A DNA stretch of 64,000 nt from Candidatus Bathyarchaeota archaeon (GTDB taxonomy: Archaea; Thermoproteota; Bathyarchaeia; Bathyarchaeales; Bathycorpusculaceae), in assembly GCA_963775685.1 (NCBI GenBank), contig CAVZJV010000014.1, positions 1,728,001 through 1,792,000 of the forward strand, in the 5' to 3' direction. The translations under genes and the position numbers were made by a program. This document shows, piece after piece, positions 52,455-61,970 of the stretch; the stretch's first letter is position 1, and every line of letters begins with the position of its first letter. A model generated the notes under the pieces. That model had not been told where the DNA came from. It ran no database searches and saw nothing but the letters and a program-made list of their open reading frames with translations.

Positions 52455-52745
52455 ATGGTACACTGTCATGATATGAAATTAGGTCAGGTTTATTTTTGTG
52501 AAGAATGTGGACTCGAACTAAAGGTTGAAAAGAGCTGCACTATAGATGGTAACCATCCACAAGGAGTATCTTGTACTGTTTGCACTCATGTCTGGTGCAA
52601 CAAAGATATGAAATTAAAAGAGGGTGCAAATGGTGAAGATATGTGTGAAGATGTTCCGAAGAAAGATGGTTCTGGAAGAGGTGTAGGGCAGTCTGGAAAA
52701 GGTTGCGAGGGTAATCCACGAAAGAGAAGAGGAAGGAATCTATAA
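52455..52745 (+). CDS. Small Cys-rich metal-binding protein (desulforedoxin-like N-terminus)
   Basis: GQVYFCEECGLELKV...WCNKDM, 9 Cys, GSGRGVG tail. Confidence 0.65.
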   Translation: MVHCHDMKLGQVYFCEECGLELKVEKSCTIDGNHPQGVSCTVCTHVWCNKDMKLKEGANGEDMCEDVPKKDGSGRGVGQSGKGCEGNPRKRRGRNL

Positions 52746-53020
52746 AGCCCTACTGAAAGGCAAGAAAGGGATAGAACTGAATGATATGCCAAATCTCTTT
52801 GTCAGACACGCGATTTCAGTTGTGAAGGAAAAATGTTGAAGATTTCTGAACGGGCAAATTTTGACAGCAACATCATGGTTCAATTGTGCGGGTAGTCCCT
52901 CGAAAAGCTCCAAACCAAAAACCCAGCAACTCTGAATAACTTCCAATGAACTCATATGTTCCAAGCGGACTTCAAAATATTTACCTACTCAAACTCTTTG
53001 TTGTTTGTTTTCCCAACGCA

Positions 53021-53051
53021 AACTATTAATATAGTTTAGTATTTAAACTAT
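53021..53051. promoter_or_regulatory. ATAGTTTA-GTATT-TAAACTAT palindrome upstream of nifX-osmC
   Basis: Perfect 8-bp arms at 53031-53051 containing GTTTA-N5-TAAAC. Confidence 0.65.
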
Positions 53052-53066
53052 AAACTAAACATATTC

Positions 53067-53474
53067 GTGAAAGGAAAAAATGAGGCAAAAAGAATGACAA
53101 AAAGAATAGTAATTCCAACCGAAGACAAGTCCGGTTTAGAGGCACATTTAGCTCAACATTTCGGAAGAGCACCATACTACACAATAGTAGAATTAGATGA
53201 CGAAAACAACAACGTAGGGTTAAGAACAGAAGTCAACAAAGGCGAACACGTCGGAGGCACAGGACATCCACACGAACATCTCTTAGCCCTAAAGCCAAAC
53301 ATCTTTGTAGTCAATGGCATGGGACCCGGATGCTTAAGCAGTCTTCAAGATGCGGGCATAAACGTGCTTAAAGCCACTGGAACAACGGTTAAGGAAATAG
53401 TTGAGGAATACAAAGAAGGCAAACTAAGTGCCTTAACGAGCGCATGTGAACACGCACACCACCACGAGCATTAG
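53067..53474 (+). CDS. NifB/NifX family protein with His-rich tail
   Basis: HFGRAPYY, GMGPG, CEHAHHHEH. Confidence 0.88.
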   Translation: MKGKNEAKRMTKRIVIPTEDKSGLEAHLAQHFGRAPYYTIVELDDENNNVGLRTEVNKGEHVGGTGHPHEHLLALKPNIFVVNGMGPGCLSSLQDAGINVLKATGTTVKEIVEEYKEGKLSALTSACEHAHHHEH

Positions 53475-53524
53475 CCATAGATTTTAAATCCAGACCTATA
53501 GAAAGGATCTAAGGTGAAAAATAT

Positions 53525-53941
53525 ATGCCAAAAATAAAAGCAAAAGCAACTTGGGTTGAAAATGTCCGATCAATCGCAGATAACCAAAGGACCCATAGCG
53601 TTGTATGCGACCTATCCGCACCGGCCGGCGGAACAGATAGCGGTGCCACAGCACTTGAGCTCAGCCTGATGGCTTTAGCAGATTGCGGTGTCACCATTTT
53701 CGCTGACGTGTGCAAAAAAAGCAATATAGTACTAAACAAAGTTGAAGTGACTGTTGAAGCGGATAAATCTCCAGATTCGCCCATGATAAGTGGCGTAACG
53801 ATGAAAGTCAACGTTATCTCTAAAGCACGAAAAGAGCTTGTAGAAGCTGCTTGGAGAAGAACTGAAGCAAACTGTCCAGTACTGTTCATATTTAAAGAGC
53901 CAACACCCATCAAAGTTGAGTTTGAAGAAAAAACCGAATAA
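53525..53941 (+). CDS. OsmC family protein
   Basis: GGTDSGATALEL..ALADC, NCPV. Confidence 0.85.
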   Translation: MPKIKAKATWVENVRSIADNQRTHSVVCDLSAPAGGTDSGATALELSLMALADCGVTIFADVCKKSNIVLNKVEVTVEADKSPDSPMISGVTMKVNVISKARKELVEAAWRRTEANCPVLFIFKEPTPIKVEFEEKTE

Positions 53942-53975
53942 GATAGCTGAATAAATCACCTAGCGAGCATGAAAA

Positions 53976-54505
53976 ATGAAAAGAGCAATAATAGTCTACT
54001 GATCAAAAACAGCTAACACTGAAAAAGTAGCTAAAGCCATAAAACAAGGCTTGGAAGCGACGGATATCCAAGTTAACCTAAAGAAGCGGAAAAAATTGAC
54101 TATTTTGACTAAGACATTGTTTTGTGTTCGTTCACCATCTTACTCGTGGCATCCGCCGGAACCTATGACAAATTTTCTGAAGAAAAAGTTTGCCGAATAC
54201 CGTCAACAGGGCAAAATTAAACCTTCATCCCCCAAAAGTTACAGGTAAGAAAGTGCTGGTTTTTGTCACTTATTCTGGACCGCACACAGAAATTGATGAA
54301 ACCACACCTGTGTGGAAGGATATAAGGCAGTACCTCGAGCATATAGGCTTTAGCGTTCATCGACGAATAGCACAGCCTAAGCGAAGTCCATGGCGCATTA
54401 GAAAATAGCACAAAGAGCAGAATGGGCGACGTAAGAGGAAAAACCACCGTTGAAGAGCTACAAAAGATCACGCAGGACTCAAAGCAGTTGGCTATTTTTC
54501 TTTAA
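53976..54505 (+). pseudogene. Flavodoxin-like pseudogene
   Basis: MKRAIIVY*SKTANTEKVA, SPSYSWHPP, FVTYSGPHT; multiple stops and frameshifts. Confidence 0.8.
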
Positions 54506-55121
54506 TTTTTTATCAAGATTTTGAAGTATAACCGACGGAATCACACTTTGGACGAAGTCTACAAATGTCTCTTATAAGCTTCGGCACTCACAACGAACTC
54601 AGCCAATAAAATGATTTTAAAACCAAACCTCCTCTCAATAAGGTCCGTTTCTTTTTTTATGAAAAGGAAGTATGTGAAACGAAGTTCTGCACAAAGGAGA
54701 CGCAAATTGGAGGCTCACAAGAGGCATACAATAAAGTTTGCTATAACTCAGCGTTAACTGTATAAGCAACGTTTCCCAAAACCGTTCTAGCGCCTATATC
54801 CAGATAAAAAAAGTTATCAAGCGTATAACCACTATTGGAAACCAACACTATCCCAACATACATTCACAACCATAACCCAAAAAACAACATAACGTTATGC
54901 AAAATAGTGAGAAATAACCAATCAACCCACTTCTTAAAGCAACCAAATACATAAGCCAACACTGAAACACCGCTCAAACCACAACCATAAAAGTAGTGCC
55001 TACAAAACCCAGTCACTTCCACACAAAAACAAACTAAAAGTTTACTTAATAACCAACAAACACCAAGGTTTATTTCTCGAAAACCATCTAAACATAGCAA
55101 AAAGATAGTTGGACTCTTGAA

Positions 55122-55991
55122 ATGTCGGATACTCAAGCAGAAAAACCGCAAAACTACAAGGCTCAAGAAGCAAATGTAGAGCAACAGTTTTTGGAGGGCA
55201 ATAAAGATGAAGACCTTGGCGTCTACTTTAATTTGTTTTCAGCCAAAAGCAAAATCGAGGGGCAGGATGGTGGCGTGGTTTCGGCGTTGTTGGTTAAGGG
55301 TTTTGAGGAAGGCTTGTTTAATGAGGCCATAGTTGTTCGCCGTGGAGAAGGATACAGCGCAGAAGCGGTCGTGGCTATTAACCCAAGGGAAGTGCTGTCG
55401 GCAAAAGGGACCAAATACCTCAAGGTAAACGTCACAAAAAAACTGCGCGAACTAATAAGCCAAGGAAAAAAACGAATAGCAATCGTTTGCACCCCATGCG
55501 AAGCTAAAGTAGCAAAAAAAATACAGCAAACCTTCAAAGAAGATTGCGAAATCACGATTATCGGGTTATTCTGCTTTGAAGCCTTTAACAGTGCTAAAAT
55601 AAAAGAGGAAATAAAAAATCGGTTGGGGGTAGATTTGGATAGAGCCCAGAAAACCCTAGTTAGGCAAGGAAAATTCACGGTGTTTGTCGATGGAAAAGAG
55701 TACAGTTGCAAGGTAAAAGACTTAGACTGTGCCGCTGAAAAAGTGTGCCATTACTGCAGCGACTTCACAGCACAGTTTGCCGACATCTCTGTGGGTTCTG
55801 CAGGTAGCCAGAGAGGGTGCTCAACTGTAATGGTTAGATCAAAAGCAGGGGAAAAACTGGTAAAAAACCTAGATGCCGTCAAGAAAGCAGCTGAAAGGGA
55901 AGAAATCGTCAGATTATCAAAATTAAAAAAGGAACGCGCCGAAAAAAGCTTAGGAACACAAACCAAACAGAATAGCGCCTTTTTTAGTTGA
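55122..55991 (+). CDS. F420 hydrogenase/dehydrogenase beta subunit (FrhB-like)
   Basis: GQDGGVVSALL, GTKY, CTPCE, IGLFCFE, CHYCSDF, ADISVG. Confidence 0.88.
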   Translation: MSDTQAEKPQNYKAQEANVEQQFLEGNKDEDLGVYFNLFSAKSKIEGQDGGVVSALLVKGFEEGLFNEAIVVRRGEGYSAEAVVAINPREVLSAKGTKYLKVNVTKKLRELISQGKKRIAIVCTPCEAKVAKKIQQTFKEDCEITIIGLFCFEAFNSAKIKEEIKNRLGVDLDRAQKTLVRQGKFTVFVDGKEYSCKVKDLDCAAEKVCHYCSDFTAQFADISVGSAGSQRGCSTVMVRSKAGEKLVKNLDAVKKAAEREEIVRLSKLKKERAEKSLGTQTKQNSAFFS

Positions 55992-56060
55992 TTGCCCGGC
56001 ATATGCAAAAGCCTTTTTAACCCCAAACTCCTCACCTCTTTAACCTGAGATGAAATCTCC

Positions 56061-56786
56061 ATGAAAATACTAAATGAATTTGTGCCTACACGTAAATTCT
56101 TAAAGCTTGCCGACGAACTCAAAGACCTAGTCGATGGATGGAACGTCACTGACGGTGCAGCAGGTTTTCCAGCACCAAGCGGCGTAGTTGTAAGCTGCTT
56201 ACTCAAACACAAATACCCAGAAAAATATGTTTGCCCAATCTTCATTCTACACTATAAAGGCCCAGTTGAAGTAGGAGGCTTAGCATTAGCATCCGACATT
56301 ATCGGACTCGACGGCTTAGCAGTAACCATGGGAGACAAACCAAAATACGGTGAACCTATAACGATGCTCGCTAACTCTGAGGCTGCAAGAGACTTCATAC
56401 GCAATACAGTTAAAACCAAGAACCTGAAACTCGGTTGCCTGGTAACAGCAAGACGCACCATAGAGGAAACACTTTGCCGCGTACGCGAGCCATGGGACTT
56501 CGTATACTTCATGAGACTACAAGACTCATCGTTCGAAGCACTCAAAGCAGTTTCTGCCGAATGCAAGAAACTAAACAAGCCACTCTTCGCATACTTCCTC
56601 GTCGGAACTGCCAAGAACGTTGAAACTGTTAAAATGATTGGGTGGCCAACCGCCGCAACAATGGAAACAGTTGAAGAGAAAGCATCACAACTTGTCGGAC
56701 TCGTCGACGGCATCATCGCTACATGCGCAGGGGACGCTGAAGGCGACAAACTGATGCTGCAAAAACTACAGAAGTTCCGAAGCTAA
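56061..56786 (+). CDS. Divergent MetF/MTHFR-like flavoprotein
   Basis: E-F-V-P start, WNVTDG and AVTMGDKP resemble the MTHFR barrel. Confidence 0.55.
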   Translation: MKILNEFVPTRKFLKLADELKDLVDGWNVTDGAAGFPAPSGVVVSCLLKHKYPEKYVCPIFILHYKGPVEVGGLALASDIIGLDGLAVTMGDKPKYGEPITMLANSEAARDFIRNTVKTKNLKLGCLVTARRTIEETLCRVREPWDFVYFMRLQDSSFEALKAVSAECKKLNKPLFAYFLVGTAKNVETVKMIGWPTAATMETVEEKASQLVGLVDGIIATCAGDAEGDKLMLQKLQKFRS

Positions 56787-56925
56787 AAATAATTCCCAAA
56801 ACTATGAGACCTAAAGGTCTCTCCCAATTTTAAAATAACCTTTTTTCCGATTTTTGTTTCTATTTTTTGCTAGATAAACTTAAGTTCTAATGCCTAATTA
56901 GCAACTTCAGATTGAGGCAAATCGC

Positions 56926-57684
56926 GTGAATCCTGTTCAAGTATTCGCGGTAGAAAATTTACCGCTGATAAAAAAAGGAGACAATCTTGGCAAACTTATT
57001 GTCGAAGCCGCAAGAAAACAAAACAACCCAATCCAACAAAAAGACGTCATCGTCGTCACCCATGTTGTGGTTTCGAAAGCAGAAGGAAATATAGTAGACC
57101 TTGACCAAGTGAAACCTTCGGAAAAAGCAAGGGAAATTGCTCAAAAAACCAACAAGGATCCGGCTCTGGTTGAAGTCATTTTGCAAGAAACCAAAGACAT
57201 CGTTCGAGTTGGCCAAAACAGCATCATAACCGAAACAGTCAGCGGCATAATCTGCGCCAATGCTGGAGTAGATAGATCCAACGTTGCAGGCGACAGAAAC
57301 GTTGTGCCCTTGCCTAAAAATCCCAACGTCTCAGCCGAAAACATACGCAAAGAAATTAGCCGTTTAGCGGGTGTTGATGTGGCGGTTATTGTTTCAGATA
57401 CACATGGCAGACCCTTTAGGCTGGGCGAGATTAATGTAGCCGTTGGCGTTTCAGGATTCAAGCCCATACGGGATAGGCGAGGCGAAAGGGACCTGTTTGG
57501 CTATGTACTCAGAATCAAGCAAACTGCCATCGCTGACGAACTCTCTTCAGCAGCTGAATTAGTTATTGGGCAAGCAAACGAAGGCATCCCTGCCGCTATC
57601 ATCCGAGGATACAACTACCAAACCGACGAAAATGCTTCGACAACATCCCTAACCAGAGCTAAAGAAAAAGACCTCTTCCGATAA
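56926..57684 (+). CDS. cofE: Coenzyme F420-0:L-glutamate ligase
   Basis: VSKAEG, CANAGVDRSN, SDTHGRPFR, DLFG, ADELSSAA. Confidence 0.93.
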   Translation: MNPVQVFAVENLPLIKKGDNLGKLIVEAARKQNNPIQQKDVIVVTHVVVSKAEGNIVDLDQVKPSEKAREIAQKTNKDPALVEVILQETKDIVRVGQNSIITETVSGIICANAGVDRSNVAGDRNVVPLPKNPNVSAENIRKEISRLAGVDVAVIVSDTHGRPFRLGEINVAVGVSGFKPIRDRRGERDLFGYVLRIKQTAIADELSSAAELVIGQANEGIPAAIIRGYNYQTDENASTTSLTRAKEKDLFR

Positions 57685-57737
57685 CCTTTACCAAACCTTC
57701 AATAACCCAAACGTGTAAAATACCTGAAAATCACGGG

Positions 57738-58076
57738 TTGAAATTGATGGAATCAAACACCCCTCAAGATTTCTTCGAAAAAGTCCTACCTCAACGGTTT
57801 AAGCCAGAAAAAGCAATAGGCATCGACGTTATTGCTCAGATAAATGTAACAGGACCTGTGGGAGGCAACTGGACTTTGATAATAAAAGACCAGAAGCTTC
57901 AAGTAACGGAAGGAACCCACCCCGTGCCAACGTTGACTTTGAAAATGAACGAGAACGACTTCATGGACATGGTTAATGGAAAACTAAGCGCGGAAAAAGC
58001 CTTCTTCACAGGGAGAGTACATTTTAAAGGCGACATACGCGTCGCACTTAAACTAAGAGATGCCGGCTTCTTATAA
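57738..58076 (+). CDS. SCP2 lipid-binding domain protein
   Basis: GGNWTL, GKLSAEKAFFTGRVHFKGD. Confidence 0.85.
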   Translation: MKLMESNTPQDFFEKVLPQRFKPEKAIGIDVIAQINVTGPVGGNWTLIIKDQKLQVTEGTHPVPTLTLKMNENDFMDMVNGKLSAEKAFFTGRVHFKGDIRVALKLRDAGFL

Positions 58077-58613
58077 GCCGAGTTTTTTAGCCACCTCGAC
58101 GGGCAAATCGTCTTCACCCACCTTGAAGGTTTGTGGCTCATCAATTTTCACAATTGCCCGTAATTCATCGGCACTTAATTGTTTGACAAGCCCAGTTATT
58201 TGTTTCTTTGCCACTTCAAAATGATCTTTGAAAGATGCCTTATCATTGTACAGAGCCCCTGCGTAAGCACAGATATTGGACTTTTTCAAAAACCACACTA
58301 TCTTCTTCGTGGAGAAATTGAACTCGAAAGTTATCGGTCCAGCTACACAAGTTTCCGGTTTAACTGAATGAACTTTGCATTTTCCTGTTTTTTTGTTAAA
58401 GAGCCTGCAGTAGACTTGTTTGTCAACTGAGGGATAGGAATAGTCTTCTTTGGTGAAGGGTTCTTTAAGGCTGATTTTTTGGTTTTTTAGGTATTCTTGT
58501 ATTATTTTTTTGCGGTTGTTGCTTAAGGGTGGTTTCGCGTCTTGGCAGCAAATAATTTTGCATTTGCCGCAGACATCAAACGAGAAAGTTGTTCCTTTGT
58601 TATCTTCAGCCAC
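58071..58613 (-). CDS. YkgJ family CxxCxxCC cysteine-cluster protein
   Basis: CGKCKIICC, CRLF...CKVHSVKPETCVAGP. Confidence 0.85.
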   Translation of the reverse strand: MAEDNKGTTFSFDVCGKCKIICCQDAKPPLSNNRKKIIQEYLKNQKISLKEPFTKEDYSYPSVDKQVYCRLFNKKTGKCKVHSVKPETCVAGPITFEFNFSTKKIVWFLKKSNICAYAGALYNDKASFKDHFEVAKKQITGLVKQLSADELRAIVKIDEPQTFKVGEDDLPVEVAKKLGL

Positions 58614-58629
58614 CTTTTTTCACCCACTT

Positions 58630-59817
58630 TTAGAAGTATGGTTCATTATCGGATAGGCTCTTAATAAGCGTTGAATAAACGTCAACAATTGCTTCTCTGA
58701 GACTGGTTTTCTGAGCGCGTCTCAAAACCCTTTGTCGTATCAGCTCTGAAAGGTTACCTTCTTCAATTCTCTTCTTAACAATCCACAAGTAATTTTTCTC
58801 ATCTCCGTTCGCGTGGTCAAACGCCAAGTTGAGATAGCGTTGGCATATCTCCTTCGCAGTTTTTCCATACGGATTTGAGACAGCAGCGTTTAACCCATTT
58901 TTTATGATTACGTTGAAGTCGTTGACTAAAATGTCGTGAGGCAAGAGTTGAGCGTTTGAAGCAATCATGCCTCTGAGGGCGGCACGAACAAAACACGACA
59001 GCGCCACATCAGACTTGACACAGTCCTGCTCATCCATAACACGAACTTCGAGGGCACAACGGTCAAACCTAAAAATCACGCCCCTTGAATTAACCCATTC
59101 GCGATTCAGCAGAGTTTTGTCCGCATCTGCCTCTGCTAAATCAGTTGAGTACAGCTCGATAACATCCCGCTTGTACTGACCAAACGAGGAGACATATAGG
59201 GGAATGACATCACCCGTTACTGAAGGCACCTCTTTTTGGTTTACCTTGTAGAACTGCAAGCGGTTGTCAATGTCGGGTCCGTTTGCTCCTTCGAAAATTG
59301 GTGAGGAAGCAGAGATTGCTGGAAGGTAAGCGCATAGGTTTGCGAGTTGGTTATGAGTTTGGATGGCGTCAACTTCTTCTCGGAAAGGCAAATTCAGGTG
59401 AAAACTTTGAATATTTAGCCATCCATGCTGGTTTAAGTTGAAGATTTTGCCATATTCGTGGTAGATTTTTTTGTGGTAATGTGGCCAAATCCCAGTATCT
59501 TCAAGTTTGAGGAGCGGATGCATTCCTGTTCCGAGAAGACTTGCTCCGTGTTTCTGTGTGATTAAGCTGAGGGTTTTAACGGCCGTTTGCATGGCTTCCT
59601 CAAATTCAGATGGCGTCTCAAAGGGTTTGTTGGCTTTAAGTTCCATAACGTGAAGTTGCATTTCTTTTCCAAAAGTAAACTGGGAGAACTCGATGAAGTT
59701 GGTTATTTTTCCACAATAGCCCTTTATGATTCTGTCGCTAATGGCCATGGGTTTGAGATCTTGGTTCACTAGTGCGTATTCGTGTTCAGGTCCTAAGACT
59801 TCGAGGGGTTTGTACGT
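58630..59817 (-). CDS. Glutamate-cysteine ligase family 2 (GCS2) carboxylate-amine ligase
   Basis: GPEHE lies upstream of the track start; EMQLHVMELK, GMHP, SFHLN, SASSP, NSRG, EVRVMD. Confidence 0.85.
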   Translation of the reverse strand, partial: TYKPLEVLGPEHEYALVNQDLKPMAISDRIIKGYCGKITNFIEFSQFTFGKEMQLHVMELKANKPFETPSEFEEAMQTAVKTLSLITQKHGASLLGTGMHPLLKLEDTGIWPHYHKKIYHEYGKIFNLNQHGWLNIQSFHLNLPFREEVDAIQTHNQLANLCAYLPAISASSPIFEGANGPDIDNRLQFYKVNQKEVPSVTGDVIPLYVSSFGQYKRDVIELYSTDLAEADADKTLLNREWVNSRGVIFRFDRCALEVRVMDEQDCVKSDVALSCFVRAALRGMIASNAQLLPHDILVNDFNVIIKNGLNAAVSNPYGKTAKEICQRYLNLAFDHANGDEKNYLWIVKKRIEEGNLSELIRQRVLRRAQKTSLREAIVDVYSTLIKSLSDNEPYF

Positions 59818-59870
59818 GAATCTTCCTCAATACAGATTGGGTTAAGTGTTCTTTTATGTTGAGGTTTGAC

Positions 59871-61055
59871 TTAAAGCTCGCTGTAATAGCGTATTTCAGG
59901 CGGTTCTTTGTATGCGAATTTAATGAGATAAGGAGTTATGAATGCAGTTATGATTGTGGCAACGCCGAGTATGGGTAAGAGGAAAACACTTACAACTCCA
60001 AGGTCTTGCCCTGCTTTAACTACTATAAATGCAAATTCGCCAATTTGGCCCATACCTAACCCAACACGAAGCGAAGTTCTTCGGTCGTAATGGAATAGGC
60101 AAGTTCCAAATCCGCAGCTAGCCAACTTTGTTCCAACAACAACAAAAGTAATAACCAAAGCAGGAAACCAGTATGTGGTTATTTGAGTAATATCCATTAA
60201 AGCACCCATGGACACGAAGAATATGGCGCCAAAAAAGAGCTGCAAGGGACCTATCTGTTTGTTGATTTCTTCGCGGCACTGGGACCGCGCAACTACAACG
60301 CCGATTATGAAAGCACCTATAGCTGCTGAGAAACCAATTTGGGTAGATAAAATAGCGAACATAAAGCATATGCCCAGCAGTGAAACATACAGCAGTTCTT
60401 TGCTTTCTGTTCGGGATATTCTGTCAATTGCCTTAGGAATGAAGAAGCCTCCGACAATCAATGTTCCACCTATGAAAATTATGAGTTTGGCAGTTAACCA
60501 CAGAGACGAAGTGACTGAGATTGCATTGGTTAAGGCGATATTTTGAAGCATCGCTAAAATGATGACGACGACTACGTCTTCGACAACAAGTATGCCCAAT
60601 ATAATTACGGATGACATTTCCTTAATTCTTCCAGCGTCGCTTAGTACTTTGGCAATTATGGTTGTGCTACTGCTGGAAAGGGCAGCGCCCAAAAACAGTG
60701 TGTCGTAGAAGCCCCAGTTCAAAAGGACCCCCACTATATAGCTTACGATAAGCATTGTGGATATTTCGATGGCTGAAACTCCTATGACGACTTTGCCAAT
60801 AGTCTTAAGTTTTCTTATGGGAAACTCTAAACCTATTGTAAAAAGAAGTAGAATAACACCGATTTCAGCGAATACGCTTAGAAAATCTACGTTGGTAACC
60901 AAGGTGAAGGGTAACGTAAAAGGACCGATAAGTATTCCAGCAATTAAATAACCTATAACTAATGGTTGCTTGAGCTTGTAAAATAGGAAGGCTACTGCTG
61001 AAGCAACAACCATCACGACTGCAAGGTCAGTTATTATTTGTAGCTCAAAGCTCAT
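59871..61055 (-). CDS. Cation:proton antiporter (CPA2 family), no KTN domain
   Basis: GYLIAG, SSSTTII, EDVV, FFVSMG, QIGEFAF; ATG at 61055. Confidence 0.9.
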   Translation of the reverse strand: MSFELQIITDLAVVMVVASAVAFLFYKLKQPLVIGYLIAGILIGPFTLPFTLVTNVDFLSVFAEIGVILLLFTIGLEFPIRKLKTIGKVVIGVSAIEISTMLIVSYIVGVLLNWGFYDTLFLGAALSSSSTTIIAKVLSDAGRIKEMSSVIILGILVVEDVVVVIILAMLQNIALTNAISVTSSLWLTAKLIIFIGGTLIVGGFFIPKAIDRISRTESKELLYVSLLGICFMFAILSTQIGFSAAIGAFIIGVVVARSQCREEINKQIGPLQLFFGAIFFVSMGALMDITQITTYWFPALVITFVVVGTKLASCGFGTCLFHYDRRTSLRVGLGMGQIGEFAFIVVKAGQDLGVVSVFLLPILGVATIITAFITPYLIKFAYKEPPEIRYYSEL

Positions 61056-61274
61056 AATGTATTGGTTACTGACATTTTTTGGGGTAATAAGACTAAGTTC
61101 GTAAACAAAAAAACGCACAATTACCTAAAGATAGATCCTCACAAACGTTTGGTGCGTAGAACTGGCTGAGGTGAGCTTTTTTTGTTTTGTATTTGCTTGG
61201 GATATGAATTGTTATATCGTTAATCTTAAATACTGGTGCATAGTAACGCCTTTCAATTACCTGGTGTCACATGA

Positions 61275-61970
61275 GTGCTAATCGTCTCAAACATCGACTT
61301 TAGAGATGATTTGAACGCGTTAAAACCTTCACGGTTCCTTGAATCAATGATAAAAGATACCACTATCAACATAAACAACGACTATCGATATCTAAAAACA
61401 GGCTACTACGTGTCATTGCATGCAGAAGTTTTGGGAAACACTGTTATTCCTTCGTGTGAAAATATCATCGATGCCAGTCGAACCCCGATTCTTCTGTTGC
61501 GGGCATCAAGAGCAAAAATTCCCACTCTGTCATTTTTAGTTACTGATTCTGTAAAGAAAATAATGACTGAACTCAAACTTCCAGTCGTAGTTTTCGCCGT
61601 TAACCCTTTCATTTATAAGGGTTACAAAGTCGCTAAAAACAAAAGCGCCCTTTACCGAGCTATGAAGAGTTTGGGGATGAACTACAAATTTACGGTTTGC
61701 GCTCAGCCGCTTGTTGGTGAGATATTAACAGTTAAATCACTTTTTGGAAAATGCCAACTGCCAGATACCCAAATTAATGCTCTAACAGAAAAGGTTTATG
61801 AACTCTTCAAAATTCCAATCTGCAAGGTCCACGTCCAAAAAACAGAGGGAAAAGCTTTCCTGTGCGGTCTTGAACCCTTGAAAGAGTCTGACCTGTCAAA
61901 GAGTGATATAGAGTTAATCTCCGAGGAGATTAAGCTGATTTCTCAGCAGGATGAACACCTAAGTGTCTAA
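61275..61970 (+). CDS. RimK-like ATP-grasp N-terminal (RLAN) domain protein
   Basis: NDYRYLKTGYYVSLHAE. Confidence 0.75.
   Translation: MLIVSNIDFRDDLNALKPSRFLESMIKDTTININNDYRYLKTGYYVSLHAEVLGNTVIPSCENIIDASRTPILLLRASRAKIPTLSFLVTDSVKKIMTELKLPVVVFAVNPFIYKGYKVAKNKSALYRAMKSLGMNYKFTVCAQPLVGEILTVKSLFGKCQLPDTQINALTEKVYELFKIPICKVHVQKTEGKAFLCGLEPLKESDLSKSDIELISEEIKLISQQDEHLSV

Noticed and set aside
52740-52964. ORF of 74 aa (and similarly 18344-18568)
   Set aside because: No RBS or motif support; cannot be distinguished from chance ORFs
42821-53474. Nitrogen fixation inferred from NifB/NifX and NifU-like genes
   Set aside because: No nifH/D/K and no radical-SAM NifB domain in the window
31760-54505. 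UGA=Trp or selenocysteine recoding
   Set aside because: TGA terminates many intact genes (purS, purL, nifX, pdaD), Trp is TGG elsewhere, the TGAs are at Trp not Cys positions, and two of the three cases carry other lesions
54510-55120. A/C-rich intergenic stretch and antisense ORF 54864-55184
   Set aside because: No periodic repeat; the ORF is a compositional artefact overlapping the FrhB-like gene
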